Shown: one piece after another, positions 31,150-42,646 of the stretch
Position numbering within the stretch: the stretch's first letter is position 1
Layout of the letters: every line of letters begins with the position of its first letter
Origin: Barthelona sp. PAP020
Taxonomy: Eukaryota
Assembly: GCA_040182905.1 (NCBI GenBank)
Contig: JARQWU010000037.1
Span: 1-55,027, forward strand
Direction of reading: 5' to 3'
DNA length: 55,027 bases
Notes under the pieces: model-generated
The model's database searches: none
Told to the model about the DNA's origin: nothing
What the model saw: only the letters and a program-made list of their open reading frames with translations
Program-made: the position numbers and the translations under genes

Positions 31150-31533
31150 CTATGACTTATATTTTTCTTCAATAACATTTGATAACTCTTCCAAAAAGGC
31201 AAGAAAACTTGCGGAATAATTTCCTTGAGCTGTTTGACTAAAATCCCAATCAACACAACGATGATTCATTTTATTCCAATATTCTCTTATTTTAGACCAA
31301 CGTTCCATTACAATAAAACGTCCAGTTTGACCACTGTCTTTGATTTGAGCATCCAAACATTCATTTAATAAATCAACAATAACAATACCTTTAACCAAAT
31401 CAGCAGACAATGCGTTGGTGTGTGAAGTATATTTCCTTACTAACCTAAGTACCCTAACTTGATCAACAATCGATTGTTGTTTTTTAGTTCTGGCGATCTT
31501 ACCACTGACAGGAGAAAAAGAAGCTGTGTCCAT
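31150..31533 (-). CDS. Small protein with possible calponin-homology-like domain
   Basis: DLVKGIVIVDLL resembles the CH motif DLxDGxxLxxLL; ATG-initiated ORF. Confidence 0.55.
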   Translation of the reverse strand: MDTASFSPVSGKIARTKKQQSIVDQVRVLRLVRKYTSHTNALSADLVKGIVIVDLLNECLDAQIKDSGQTGRFIVMERWSKIREYWNKMNHRCVDWDFSQTAQGNYSASFLAFLEELSNVIEEKYKS

Positions 31534-31872
31534 TGTTGAATAATAAATACAAATTATTTAAATACGACGTTTTACCACATCATTCAAAAATGAAAACATG
31601 TCGACATCCATAAATAATTAAAAGATTTTTTTTTTTAAAGTGTTAACATAAAAATAAAACAATTAATAAAGGACAAACAAAGAAACGAAAAAAGGTGAGA
31701 AAAAAATTCCAATAATCAAACAAAATAAATATTACAACAAAACAATTTCAATAAATTCCAGTAACAACAGATGAGAGCGAAAAGAAATAGAAAAAAAAAA
31801 TTGTAAAAAAAAAGTAAAGACAATCCATTTTTTCATTATTTAATCGGTCTTAATGAAAAGATAATCTGATAG

Positions 31873-34800
31873 ATGAGACCGTTAAAGCTTAATGTTATAT
31901 TTCCTACTCCAATTCCATTGGAAGATTTTCGTATGTCACGGACTTCCATTTCTACTTCACATTTTGACACTTCAAGCCTTTTAGAAGATAATTTTATAAT
32001 CGATGAAAATGTTCATGTCGAAATAAACAGCAAAATAACGCGTTTTATTGAAGTTGAATCTCACAAAAAAAAAGAATCAAAACAAGACGAGATTAATTCA
32101 TTTTTATCTTTTTATTTTACTCCTGATAATATTTTATGGGGTAATGATGCTGATGCTGATAATGTTGAATTTGACAGTAGTAGAGTTTTACAAACTCATA
32201 TCAACAACAGTCTAACCTTAGATTCATGCATTCCAAGTGTTACACATGTTCAATCTGCCTTAGAACAGGAAGTTTCATGGAATGATGAATTTGTTGAAAC
32301 TGTTCCTTTAGTTGACATAGCTAGTGATCTTCTGGTTGATATAAACACGGGAACAGCCATTGTTGTTGATACTGTTGTTGAAGAATCAAATGTTTCAACC
32401 ACAGATGCATTTGAATATTTGAAGAGAATTGGTTCTGATAGTCCATGGCGTTTGTATGCCCCTATTGTTCGTCATATTAATGAAAGCTCTGAAAGGCTTA
32501 TGCCTATTGATTCAGTTGCAAATTGTGATATTGTTGCCTCCTATCCTTCTGCTCGAGACAAGCTTCATTGGCATAGGCAGCAATTTGATTTGCTTGAATG
32601 TCGTGAAACATTCTCTGAGTTGGAAGAACAGATGATTCGGGATGGTTATGCTGAAACTTTGGTAAGTTTCAGCAGTGTGAACATTCCAATCAAAGTTGCT
32701 CATGCACTCACGCATAAGATCACTCAAAGACACTTGGTTATTGATGACCCTGGAAACTATTTCCATTTGCTGGATGATGCTTCGTCATTACCTGTTCAAC
32801 CGATTAAATGGGCTTCTGATTTATGGACTCATTATGACGATTTAATTTTGTGTGAATATATTGAGAAATACCCCATGTTTTTGCTTGAACGTGGCATGCG
32901 TATGAAATTAGTCCAATTCGTTCATCAAAACCCTATTTATGGCGATGGTGTTCAAATGGAACAAGTTACAGGACAAATTGTTGAAGCTTTATCAAAAGCA
33001 AATTTGCCTTCAAGACGTTTGGAATTTTGGGGAGATAAGGTTTGGTTTGATAGAGGTGAAATTCGGTTTATTCTTCCAAAAGATAAAAGTGGGGATCCGT
33101 TTGATACAAGTTTTGAAGATATGGAAGAAAGTCCTTTCTTTGGAGAATTTTCTCCTGGTGATTCCATTTTACAAATGCAAACTAATCTTTTTAGCAGCAT
33201 TTTGCTAAAACAAGATATGAGCTGTTTACGTTTTGGTCCAGAAATTAAAGATAAATTTGAGAAAGGTTCTGCAGATGAAGAAGAACAATGCCCAAATGTA
33301 CCATTTGTGGATTTCTTGTTAATTCATCAAATGCCACTTGATGGACCTAACAGATTTTTCATTCGTGAATTACCTGATACGTACGTTGCGCTTCATCAGG
33401 AGCCTAAACGTCACGTTACTGTAATGGAACCTGCTTCGAGAGAATGGAGGAAAATTCTAAGATATCGTGTGTTGTTTTGGGTTCGTTCTCAACTTAAAAC
33501 TCAAGAATCCGTAACGATTGAACAAATAATGGCTAATTTTCCTGATTGTTCTGGTGATGATATTAAGAAGCTATTACAAGATGATAAAACAAGGACTCTT
33601 ATTCGGTATCGTCAAACTGATGATCAATTCGCTCTAACTGATAAAGGAAAAGAATTATTGAGAGGGTTAATTTTTGGTGGTGGACCAACAGAAAGAATAG
33701 TTGGTTCCTCAGATAAATTACCTGATCTGTTAATTCCTGAATACTTTGTTTTACAAGATGCATTGGAAGTATCTCGATTCTTTTGGCAACGTCGTTTCTT
33801 ATTGAATGTACCAATCAAAGGTGCTGATTTTGAAGCATTAGAGAAACAATTAAAGCAATATTTAACACATCTCGCTGGATTAATGGATCGTGACAAATTT
33901 GAAAATGAGCGTGGTTTGCCACATGTTGGTTTAACGCTAACGTTCACTTATTTGCTAGAGACGTTAGCACTAACTGCATTCAGACGCTCCGATGCATACA
34001 ATGAAGGGATGAAAAGTAGAGCAAAAATATTCCCAACATTCTTGGACGAACTGATGGTTACTCCTGAAGTTGCTGAATTGCAACAGCATTATCTTCGTAG
34101 ATTAAAACAAGGGATTAATTCTATTCAACAAACCGGTAACAATTTGAAAATATTGATGAATGATCCTAATTGTGAAGATGAAGATATTGATGAGGCAATT
34201 GAACAATTTGAAGAGCTAGATTACTCATTTTCAGAGCATATTCCACCTAAGGGGAATGATCGAGCCAAGATTAAGCCTGGTGGTTTGTTTACCTTTAAAA
34301 TGCATCGTACTTTTAAAGGTTGGGGATCTAAAGGACAAGTTACAAGTACCAGCAAGAAAAACATGATCAAGATCAATGATGAGACAAAGAATAAAAGAGA
34401 AGATGATGGTCGATCAGTATTAAAGGAAGATTGCATTGAGTTACTTAGAAATGTTCTTAACGATAACGAATTATCCGTTGAATATATGCAAAATGTGCAC
34501 AGATGGACATTACAAGCAAGAATCAAGAAGTTGGCTGGAAAACTACATGAGGACAAGTTAGAGGAATTGCAACAGATTCATCCTCAACTGAAGGCTATTA
34601 TGGCACCTAAGAAACAAAAATTATTGACACAAACTGATATAGTTCGTCAAAAGCTATTGTATTTTACGGAATCAACAAAGTATGATATATTATTAAGAAG
34701 CTTACTGAATCGCCATCGATTGAATTTGGAACAAAAAATCAGATTTGATGAGAATAAACCAGATTTAGATGAGATGGTTCACCCTGATCAGCAATTGAAG

Positions 34801-37800
34801 ATGTATTTGCGTAAAGAAAATCGAATTATTGAAGAAAAGAAGAAAAAGAATGATGATAAGACTAGATCAAACAAACAAGTATTCGTAATCAAAGTCATTG
34901 AGAAAAAAACAGGCAAACAGGTTGAATATATTGATGTTCGTGAACAAGATAAAAATGTCACGAAGATCAGTCACTTTTTGCGAGAATTGAATATCTTACC
35001 AAATGTTTCTACTGGTAATGTGGGTATAATCAATGAAAAAACACGTTTTGAAGTTTGGGATGATTTGCAAAGAAAATTATTTGTTTTGAACAAAGAACTA
35101 AGAGAAAATAAGCAATTGAGTGGTGTCATCTTTCCTAGTCAAAGTGAATTTCGTTTGTTTTGTTCCGGCATTCAACGTAATTCAAGTCAAAGAAAAAGAC
35201 AAACTCGTGGTACGACAAAACCTATTGTTCCTAAAAAGCCAATTGTTCAACAACCTCCTAAGAATTGGTATGAAAGCATTCTCTTACGAAACATGTTTAT
35301 GCAATTCTTCTTGGCTATTGAACAGTTACCTCAAGTTGATCTATTTATAGCATATAATAAACGGATACTAGAGCCTTTAGGATACACTGACATTATTAAA
35401 AATCCTATCTTCTTCAGACCCAGTGATTCACGTCGTAGAAGTAAGGAATTCACATATCTTATTAGCATTGTAAATAAATTGACTAACAGATACGAGCTAT
35501 TTGAATGGTTTGATAAGATGATTGAGAATTGTTATCTTTTCAATTGTAAAACATTACCAGATGCCATTAAAGATGCAATTTATTTGAGAGAAGTATTAGT
35601 TCAATTGGTTTTACGGAAACACAATCAATTAGTGTTGTTAGAAGAAAAACTAAACACAAACGAAATGATGGTTAAGATAAAAGCAAGACCAACACCAAAA
35701 TTAATGTTTTCAGGACTTGAAACTTTATTTCCTGAGTTATTAACCATAGAACAAGATGTTCTATGGGCTAATATTAATTTAAGACCTGTAGTTTTAACAA
35801 ATTTGAGTAAATTAGATTATATTGAACGTATTATGTCTCATGGAATTCCAACCCTACCTTGTTTTTGGAAAGTTGAAGGAAAACCTATGATTGGTATTTT
35901 CAAATTTTTAATTGCTCATAGAAATCTAATAGCTCAAATGGGAACCATTTTAATGTATCTGAATCGACTTCCTTTAGGAAGTATTTTTGACGGATTAACT
36001 AGAATTGAAGAATACAAACAATTTTTAGAACAACAAAAATTAACACTCGTTGATTTATCTATTTTGGAAAACAAAATATTGAGAGATTGGTGGTTTGATT
36101 TGGATATGTTTTGGGCCCATTTTGATTATTTGATTGAAAACACCACCATATATAATACCACTTTTGATAACCCCAGTAAAGATACGTTGATTCGCTTTGC
36201 CAAACATTTGAAAACTCTAGCAATGAAAAGCTATGATGACTTTTTCAAGGATACACCCTTTATATCATGTCAAAATGTTGCGAGTCTCTTTGATGAGTAT
36301 CTATTAACTTTTGATGGAGAACGTCAAAAACATTCACCGAAAAAACTGTTAAACGAAGAATTTGGTGAATTATCAAGAGTTAAAATGGCAACAATTGCTC
36401 CATCGTTCCATCAATTATTGGACAGACAACAATTAGCCAATGGTGATTTGAATAATTTCTACATTTGTGCTAGTTTACGTAATATCTCTCTCTATTTACA
36501 TTCTGAAATGTTACATTGGCTTAACACATGTGAACTGAAAGGTAAAATTGAAGAGAATTTCTTGCATGTATTTGACAAGAAAAAATACGCTTTCTATTAT
36601 GATATTATTGAATATCCCGTGTTTTTTGATCAAATACTGGCCAAACTAGCAGAAATGAGATTATTACGTTCCGATTCAATATTTGCTGAAATTTGTAGAA
36701 CTGATCTGGAATATCGTCTCCAAAAGAATTCAATCAACGCTTTGTCAAATCCCTCTGTCTATTTCAAAAAATGTTGTGATTCATTGAACACCAGAATGTT
36801 TGGAGATTTCAAACATTACAGTTTGAAAAGATATTTCTTTTTGGAAGAATTTTTGCTTGATGTGGATCTATTGATATATAATTGCGAGATCTTCAATTTG
36901 AATCATGCTGGTAATAGACATTTCATTGATATGGCACATGCAATTCGGGATAGTTTAAACGAACGATTCAAAGGAATGGAACATTTTTGGAAAATCTTTG
37001 AATCTTTTGAAGAATTTTCAAATGAACCACCCCAAAAGAATTTTGCTGAAATTCTGCGTAAGTTAGAAGAACGCATTGAAATTGCTTATCAACATTATTT
37101 CGACACTCCAGATCAAAATCAACAAAGATATTCTCTTTTCAGAATGAATGATTTTAACCGAAAACAACAACCGTTACTGTATGAAGATGTTAAACGAGAC
37201 ATATATAACTATATTGTGATTCAAAAACCTAAGATTAAGAAACGCAAGGAAACCAAAATGTTGAAGATTCATCAAACCGTTGTTAAAGAACAAAATAAGG
37301 AAAAAGTAAAAGTACCCTTACAATTTGGGAAAGAAATATTACAAAGGTTTAAAAAGTTCCCAACATTTAGTGAGCTTTTTAAGTTTGTTCCCTTTTTGGA
37401 AAGTTTCAAAAGTTTTGAACGAACTTTTAAGAATAAGGAGTTCCAAAATATTAATGATTTCTACTATGCTTTGAGATATGTCTTGGTTGACACTACTTCT
37501 AACAGCGTGTGGAAAGAACATGGAGAAGGCTTCATGTTGTTATTAGATTCATTTTTTGTCAATTGGACATTTAATTTACCGATTATTGAACAACAACAAC
37601 ATAATAAAGTTATTCAAGACATAATTGACCATCATGCTAGCAAGTTTGATTTTAATGCTCCAAATATCTTGAAGAATATTGTGAACCAAATAAAAAATCA
37701 TCCAAATGCATGGGCTTTTCTAGAGTTATTACCGAAAGATGTTTACCCTTATTATTATCAGATGATTAAGGAACCAATTTCTTTAAAAGAGATCGTTTTG

Positions 37801-38097
37801 AAAGATTATACGAATCCTGACGATTTGTTGAGAGATGTGGAATTAATGTGTAATAATGCTCATTTATTCAACGATTCAGCAGACAGAACATATGGTTGGT
37901 TGAGCGATTCACTGTTATTCTTGGCAAGATTGTTGGTTCATTCTTTAGATGATAATTTGTTTGGTGAACATTTCAAATTCAATTTTGTTGATCATTTGGA
38001 ACCTGTTGAACCTTCAGTTATGGAAGAAAATCAAGTGATTAAACAAGAAAGTTCATTGAAGCGAGAACCAAATACTGATTTTATGTTGCTGTTGTAA
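31873..38097 (+). CDS. TAF1: TFIID subunit TAF1-like protein (DUF3591 domain + multiple bromodomains)
   Basis: LILCEYIEKYP..GM, SPFFG...PG, NLF, DFLLI, FIREL (DUF3591 motifs); bromodomain ends NCYLFN, NTTIYN, NCEIFN, NAHLFN. Confidence 0.85.
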   Translation: MRPLKLNVIFPTPIPLEDFRMSRTSISTSHFDTSSLLEDNFIIDENVHVEINSKITRFIEVESHKKKESKQDEINSFLSFYFTPDNILWGNDADADNVEFDSSRVLQTHINNSLTLDSCIPSVTHVQSALEQEVSWNDEFVETVPLVDIASDLLVDINTGTAIVVDTVVEESNVSTTDAFEYLKRIGSDSPWRLYAPIVRHINESSERLMPIDSVANCDIVASYPSARDKLHWHRQQFDLLECRETFSELEEQMIRDGYAETLVSFSSVNIPIKVAHALTHKITQRHLVIDDPGNYFHLLDDASSLPVQPIKWASDLWTHYDDLILCEYIEKYPMFLLERGMRMKLVQFVHQNPIYGDGVQMEQVTGQIVEALSKANLPSRRLEFWGDKVWFDRGEIRFILPKDKSGDPFDTSFEDMEESPFFGEFSPGDSILQMQTNLFSSILLKQDMSCLRFGPEIKDKFEKGSADEEEQCPNVPFVDFLLIHQMPLDGPNRFFIRELPDTYVALHQEPKRHVTVMEPASREWRKILRYRVLFWVRSQLKTQESVTIEQIMANFPDCSGDDIKKLLQDDKTRTLIRYRQTDDQFALTDKGKELLRGLIFGGGPTERIVGSSDKLPDLLIPEYFVLQDALEVSRFFWQRRFLLNVPIKGADFEALEKQLKQYLTHLAGLMDRDKFENERGLPHVGLTLTFTYLLETLALTAFRRSDAYNEGMKSRAKIFPTFLDELMVTPEVAELQQHYLRRLKQGINSIQQTGNNLKILMNDPNCEDEDIDEAIEQFEELDYSFSEHIPPKGNDRAKIKPGGLFTFKMHRTFKGWGSKGQVTSTSKKNMIKINDETKNKREDDGRSVLKEDCIELLRNVLNDNELSVEYMQNVHRWTLQARIKKLAGKLHEDKLEELQQIHPQLKAIMAPKKQKLLTQTDIVRQKLLYFTESTKYDILLRSLLNRHRLNLEQKIRFDENKPDLDEMVHPDQQLKMYLRKENRIIEEKKKKNDDKTRSNKQVFVIKVIEKKTGKQVEYIDVREQDKNVTKISHFLRELNILPNVSTGNVGIINEKTRFEVWDDLQRKLFVLNKELRENKQLSGVIFPSQSEFRLFCSGIQRNSSQRKRQTRGTTKPIVPKKPIVQQPPKNWYESILLRNMFMQFFLAIEQLPQVDLFIAYNKRILEPLGYTDIIKNPIFFRPSDSRRRSKEFTYLISIVNKLTNRYELFEWFDKMIENCYLFNCKTLPDAIKDAIYLREVLVQLVLRKHNQLVLLEEKLNTNEMMVKIKARPTPKLMFSGLETLFPELLTIEQDVLWANINLRPVVLTNLSKLDYIERIMSHGIPTLPCFWKVEGKPMIGIFKFLIAHRNLIAQMGTILMYLNRLPLGSIFDGLTRIEEYKQFLEQQKLTLVDLSILENKILRDWWFDLDMFWAHFDYLIENTTIYNTTFDNPSKDTLIRFAKHLKTLAMKSYDDFFKDTPFISCQNVASLFDEYLLTFDGERQKHSPKKLLNEEFGELSRVKMATIAPSFHQLLDRQQLANGDLNNFYICASLRNISLYLHSEMLHWLNTCELKGKIEENFLHVFDKKKYAFYYDIIEYPVFFDQILAKLAEMRLLRSDSIFAEICRTDLEYRLQKNSINALSNPSVYFKKCCDSLNTRMFGDFKHYSLKRYFFLEEFLLDVDLLIYNCEIFNLNHAGNRHFIDMAHAIRDSLNERFKGMEHFWKIFESFEEFSNEPPQKNFAEILRKLEERIEIAYQHYFDTPDQNQQRYSLFRMNDFNRKQQPLLYEDVKRDIYNYIVIQKPKIKKRKETKMLKIHQTVVKEQNKEKVKVPLQFGKEILQRFKKFPTFSELFKFVPFLESFKSFERTFKNKEFQNINDFYYALRYVLVDTTSNSVWKEHGEGFMLLLDSFFVNWTFNLPIIEQQQHNKVIQDIIDHHASKFDFNAPNILKNIVNQIKNHPNAWAFLELLPKDVYPYYYQMIKEPISLKEIVLKDYTNPDDLLRDVELMCNNAHLFNDSADRTYGWLSDSLLFLARLLVHSLDDNLFGEHFKFNFVDHLEPVEPSVMEENQVIKQESSLKREPNTDFMLLL

Positions 38098-38265
38098 AAT
38101 TTTTTTTAAATTGCAGATGTGAGACAAATACGATAAAAAAAAAGTAAATAAATATTTCTTAAAGTCTTTTTTTGGTATTTTAATCATTTGTGATGATGTT
38201 AAATGGTTTGAGAAATTTTTTTTGTGGGAAATTTTTTTGTTTTTTTTGGTAAAAACACAGTTATT

Positions 38266-39030
38266 ATGACAAACTCGGAAGCAAATGTATTACGAAGTTT
38301 TCTTTCCAAAAAATATCGAACAGATGGACGTGGACCATTTGAAATAAGAGAATATTCAATCAAAAAAGGAAATTTGCATCAAGCTTTTGGTTCTTCAGAG
38401 GTTCAATTAGGTAACACAATCATTTCAATGGGAATAAGATGTGATATTTCAAACAATTTACATTTATCCAGTGAAGACCAATTTAAAGTTTCTATTGATT
38501 TTCTCACCTCAAAAACTCCGTCATTGTATGAACCAATTACTGATTTTCGTAATTTTTTTTCCAATTTCATTCAAAATATTCTTTCCAAAAATAAAGATCT
38601 GATTGATTTTTTTGAATTGGATTCTTCCACCAATTGGTTAATCTTACTTGATATTGTTGTTTTATCATTTGATGGGGGACTTTTTGAAGCTGTCAATTTA
38701 GGTCTTCAGTCTGTTTTTGAAGATTTGAGACTTCCTGTCATTGAATTAACGTCTTCTCAAACTCATATCATTGATTCAACCAAACCTCCAAAAAATATCA
38801 CTTTTAGTCTTCCTATAGTTCATTCTTTATCTTTAGTTCCAACTGAAAAAGAGCTTCTATTTTTGGTTGATCCAACTTTTGTTGAACATTCAATAATTCA
38901 TGGGCAGATATTGTTTGTTGTTTTTGAAAAAAAATTACTTCACGTGGAAACAATAGGTAATATACCCATCAATGCTCAAACCTTGCTTGCACTTAGTGAT
39001 GCAGTATTGAATGAGGGAAATCAATCTTAG
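38266..39030 (+). CDS. Exosome core RNase PH-like subunit (Rrp42/43/45 group)
   Basis: RTDGR, AFGSSEVQLGNT, DIVVLSFDGGL, LVDPT..E. Confidence 0.85.
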   Translation: MTNSEANVLRSFLSKKYRTDGRGPFEIREYSIKKGNLHQAFGSSEVQLGNTIISMGIRCDISNNLHLSSEDQFKVSIDFLTSKTPSLYEPITDFRNFFSNFIQNILSKNKDLIDFFELDSSTNWLILLDIVVLSFDGGLFEAVNLGLQSVFEDLRLPVIELTSSQTHIIDSTKPPKNITFSLPIVHSLSLVPTEKELLFLVDPTFVEHSIIHGQILFVVFEKKLLHVETIGNIPINAQTLLALSDAVLNEGNQS

Positions 39031-39273
39031 CATTTTGTGAAATAAATATATGTTCATTTTTTGTTTATTAGATATTTATGAGGTATGAGTTGTTCAGTGA
39101 ACAACGAAACGAGTTAGCTTAAGGTTTGGGAAAAACTCATGTGGATTCAGATGCCCAAGTAACTTAAAAAATTAGACCTAAAGGTGGTCAAGAAACAACA
39201 AATAAAGGAAGTGATATTTAATGACCTCTTTAGATCTCCAATAAATTCCGTTCATTGAGCATGAACTTCCACA

Positions 39274-39534
39274 TTATTTGGTTAAAGGCTTTCGAGGCCC
39301 GATTGATCTGTTGAAAGACTTTAGATTCACTAAGATAAAGTTTAGACTCCAAAATTTTGCTTTTTGCAAAAATTCAAAAAAGCAGGTTCAGGAATTCTTT
39401 CCGAAGACACAACCTGGATTCACACAGTGTACTTTCAGTCTAGATCTCACACCCTGAGTTTTGTCGATATTCACTAAATGACTCTTTAGGTTTTCTTTCT
39501 GTGTAAATTAGGTTGTATCACTACTAGACCAAAT
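39274..39534 (+). repeat. ~300-bp dispersed repeat family, copy C (5'-truncated)
   Basis: tatttggttaaaggctttcgaggcccgattgatctgttgaaa...ttttgcaaaa...tttcagtc...cactactagaccaaat. Confidence 0.85.
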
Positions 39535-40116
39535 ATCATGGCATTTTATCTCTTCTTTTTGTTTAGATACCGATTGGTCAAGTCCAACACAACAAAAACA
39601 AAAAACATCAATTGTAAATGATGTTGCTTTTATTCATTTAAATTGAAGGTTGATACACAATTCCAACGTTAAAGACTCTCATGAAGAAGGGAAAAAAATT
39701 TCTTCGATTTAAGAAAAAAAGAACATTTGATGGATATGTATCGCACAGTTGCAAGTTCAATTTGTGGATTTTGTGATACCATCACTACATAAACAAATCT
39801 GTAAAAATGAATGGGAACAATGTCTTTTGTAAAAAATATTCGAACAAACATCATTATGACAAACTTTCATTATTGTGCAACATTTTCACAAAGTTTAAAT
39901 CAATATCAAAAGCTTAATTCGCTGCATCAATTCGAAAAAGGACGTCTCAAGAAAGAATTAATTAATATTGTGAAGAGTTCTCCACAAACCAGTCAATCAA
40001 TCATCAAATTTCATTTTCCCAACAACTAAATTAAAATAATGCCTGATTTGAGGGATAAATATTGAATATATAAAGAGAAATGATAAATTTGGGGTTTTTA
40101 ATTTCTTTTGTCGACA

Positions 40117-41004
40117 ATGATTGTTAAGACTGCAGTTGAGGAAACTGACCCTTATGTTAAGTATAATATGGATCGAGTGGTTGTTCCAGATGGGTTCGAT
40201 GTGGATGGATTTGAAGATAATGGTCGACCAAAGAAGATTTATAATGCAGCCTGTGATGGTAATCTTGAGGTTGTTAAGCAGTGTATCAAAGCTGGCGTTG
40301 ATGTGAACAAACAGGGCAAGAAAGGAAGGACATCGCTTTGGGGAGCTGCTTTTGATGGCCATATTGAAGTTGTTGATTTTTTGTTGGATTTTGGTGCTAA
40401 TGTTAATTTGTGCGATGAAAAGGGGTTTTCTCCATTGTATGTTAGTTGTCAAAATGGTCATCTTGATCTTGCCAGAATCCTTTTGGATCATGGCGCTGAT
40501 GTTAATTTGTGTGGGGAAGGTGGATATTCTCCATTGTATGTCAGTTGTTGGACAAGTCATCTTGATGTTGCCAAGATGCTTCTAGATTGTCCCGAAATAA
40601 ACCTATATCGTGAAGATATGCTGTTATTTTTCAACAGATTGTATACAAGTGATGAACAATGGAAAAAGAACAAATACAGCATTTTGAGCTGTCCCAATTT
40701 AAAACAACAATTGGAGAGTGGTGAGCCTGTTGATTTGAAATTTGAGCATTTGTCCAAATCCGAGTTAATTGAATTGGTGAAGAATGAGGGCTATCTTTTA
40801 TCAACACTTGTTGCAATGAAGGTAAACGGTGGCATCATTCGAGAATTTGTCAGTGCTGGAGTTTACATGAATCAAAGAGATTTTGATAAGTCAATCAACT
40901 TATGTTGGGATTTGATTGACATCAATGAAAGAAGTGGTGGTAATATGCGTCAGTATATTGATAAAGAGATGGAAGATGATGAGAGTGATGACAATGATGA
41001 TTAG
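40117..41004 (+). CDS. Ankyrin-repeat protein paralog 1 (shared N-cap, 2 SPLY repeats, unrelated C-terminal domain)
   Basis: N-terminal ~100 aa near-identical to the 42647 gene; diverges at ~40588. Confidence 0.9.
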   Translation: MIVKTAVEETDPYVKYNMDRVVVPDGFDVDGFEDNGRPKKIYNAACDGNLEVVKQCIKAGVDVNKQGKKGRTSLWGAAFDGHIEVVDFLLDFGANVNLCDEKGFSPLYVSCQNGHLDLARILLDHGADVNLCGEGGYSPLYVSCWTSHLDVAKMLLDCPEINLYREDMLLFFNRLYTSDEQWKKNKYSILSCPNLKQQLESGEPVDLKFEHLSKSELIELVKNEGYLLSTLVAMKVNGGIIREFVSAGVYMNQRDFDKSINLCWDLIDINERSGGNMRQYIDKEMEDDESDDNDD

Positions 41005-41319
41005 AAAGGTCTCTTTTGTGGTTACATGTTTATTCATTTCATGTTTTGTGGATATTTTTTCTTCACATATAAATCACAGTTTATTCTTTTTTTGAAACTC
41101 AGATTCAATGTCTAAAAGATTGAAAATACCTTTGTGGACAAAAATTTTTGAAAAACAAAGAAGCAGTTGCATCATAATATTGTGTTACAGTTGTTAAAGA
41201 GTTCATCATGACATTTTCGTCGTGCTATTTTACAACAAAGGTGATGTGCTTCAAATCCCTTTCAGAGAGATCAAAACTAAAATTTCTTTATTAACCTCTT
41301 CAATTTTTAATTTTCAAAA

Positions 41320-42164
41320 GAGAAAGTCAGAACTTTAAAATTTTGCTTTTGCCAAATCCAAAAAGGAAACAAGGACAAGAAGTTCTTTCCCAAATTTTCC
41401 CACTTGATCATCGAAGTTACATTTCAGTCCTTTAATTCTCCGCTTTGGTTTTGACCAAAATTCATTATAGTGAGTTTTTGGATCAATTTTTTTGCAATTA
41501 TTTCTATACCAAGAAGCACTGTGCGTATGAATAAAAAAGAATAGTGTTTATTTGGTTAAAGGCTTTTGAAACCCAATTCATCTGTTGAAAAACATAGATT
41601 TTCTAAGGTGAAGTTTAAACTTTAAAATTTTGCTTTTGCAAAAATACAAAAGAATGGGAATGGAAAATTTTTCCAAAATTTTCATTCTTGATGAGCAAGA
41701 TTCAATTGCAGCCACTCATTTTCTGTGGCTGAGATTTAATGAAATGAGTTTTCTCTGATTACTTTTTCTTTGTAAAAAAATATAGTTGTTTCACAACTTG
41801 ACCAATTTATACCACAAACTTTCCAAAAAATATTGTTTTTTCTTTTTTCATTTCTAAACCATGAAGCATTGTGTGTTTGAGTGAAAATAAAAAAAAGATG
41901 TTCACATGGCTAATGGCTTTCAAAACCCAAATGATCTGTTAAAACCTTCATCTTTCCAAAGAACAGCTTAAACTTTAAGAATTTTGCTTTTATCAAATTC
42001 AAAAAATTAAAAGATGAAGTTCTTTCCCAAATATACAAACTGGATTCACACAATAGAATTTCAGTCTGGATTCCTCACTCCTTTGTTTAAGCATAAATTT
42101 TATAAAACGAATTTTTGGATTTGCTTTCTCTGTAAATAAGTTTATGTCACTACTGGAGCAAAGT
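41320..42164 (+). repeat. Three head-to-tail copies (D ~41320-41495, E 41499-41808, F 41849-42164) of the ~300-bp repeat
   Basis: Each has aactttaaaattttgctttt and variants of the tail; E and F carry the cca(a/t)gaagca(c/t)tgtg head. Confidence 0.85.
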
Positions 42165-42646
42165 ATTAGGTTACTTTTATCTTTTCTTATTGTTGCAATG
42201 CCGATTATTGGAGTCCAACACAACAAGAACAAAAAATATAGATAATAAATGAAGTTGCTTTTATTAGCAAATTGAAGGTTGTCACACTAACAACATTGGA
42301 GACTTTTATTGAAGAAGTGAAAGGTTTCATCCAATGGAAGACAAAGAGAAAATTTGGAGAATGCATATTGCACTCTTGTAAGTTCAATTTGTGAATTTCG
42401 TGCGTGCAAATATGTCAATACCATCACTACATCAACAAATTTGTAAAAATGAATTGGAACAATGTCTTTTGTAATAAATATTCAAACAAACATGATTATG
42501 ATAAACTTTCATAATTGTGTGACATTTTCACAATGTTTAAATTAATGTCAAAAGCTCAATTGGCTGCTTCAATTCGAAAAAGAGATCTCAAAAAAGAATT
42601 GAAAGAGAAATCAACAATTTGTGGGTTTCCTTTTTTTATACCGACA

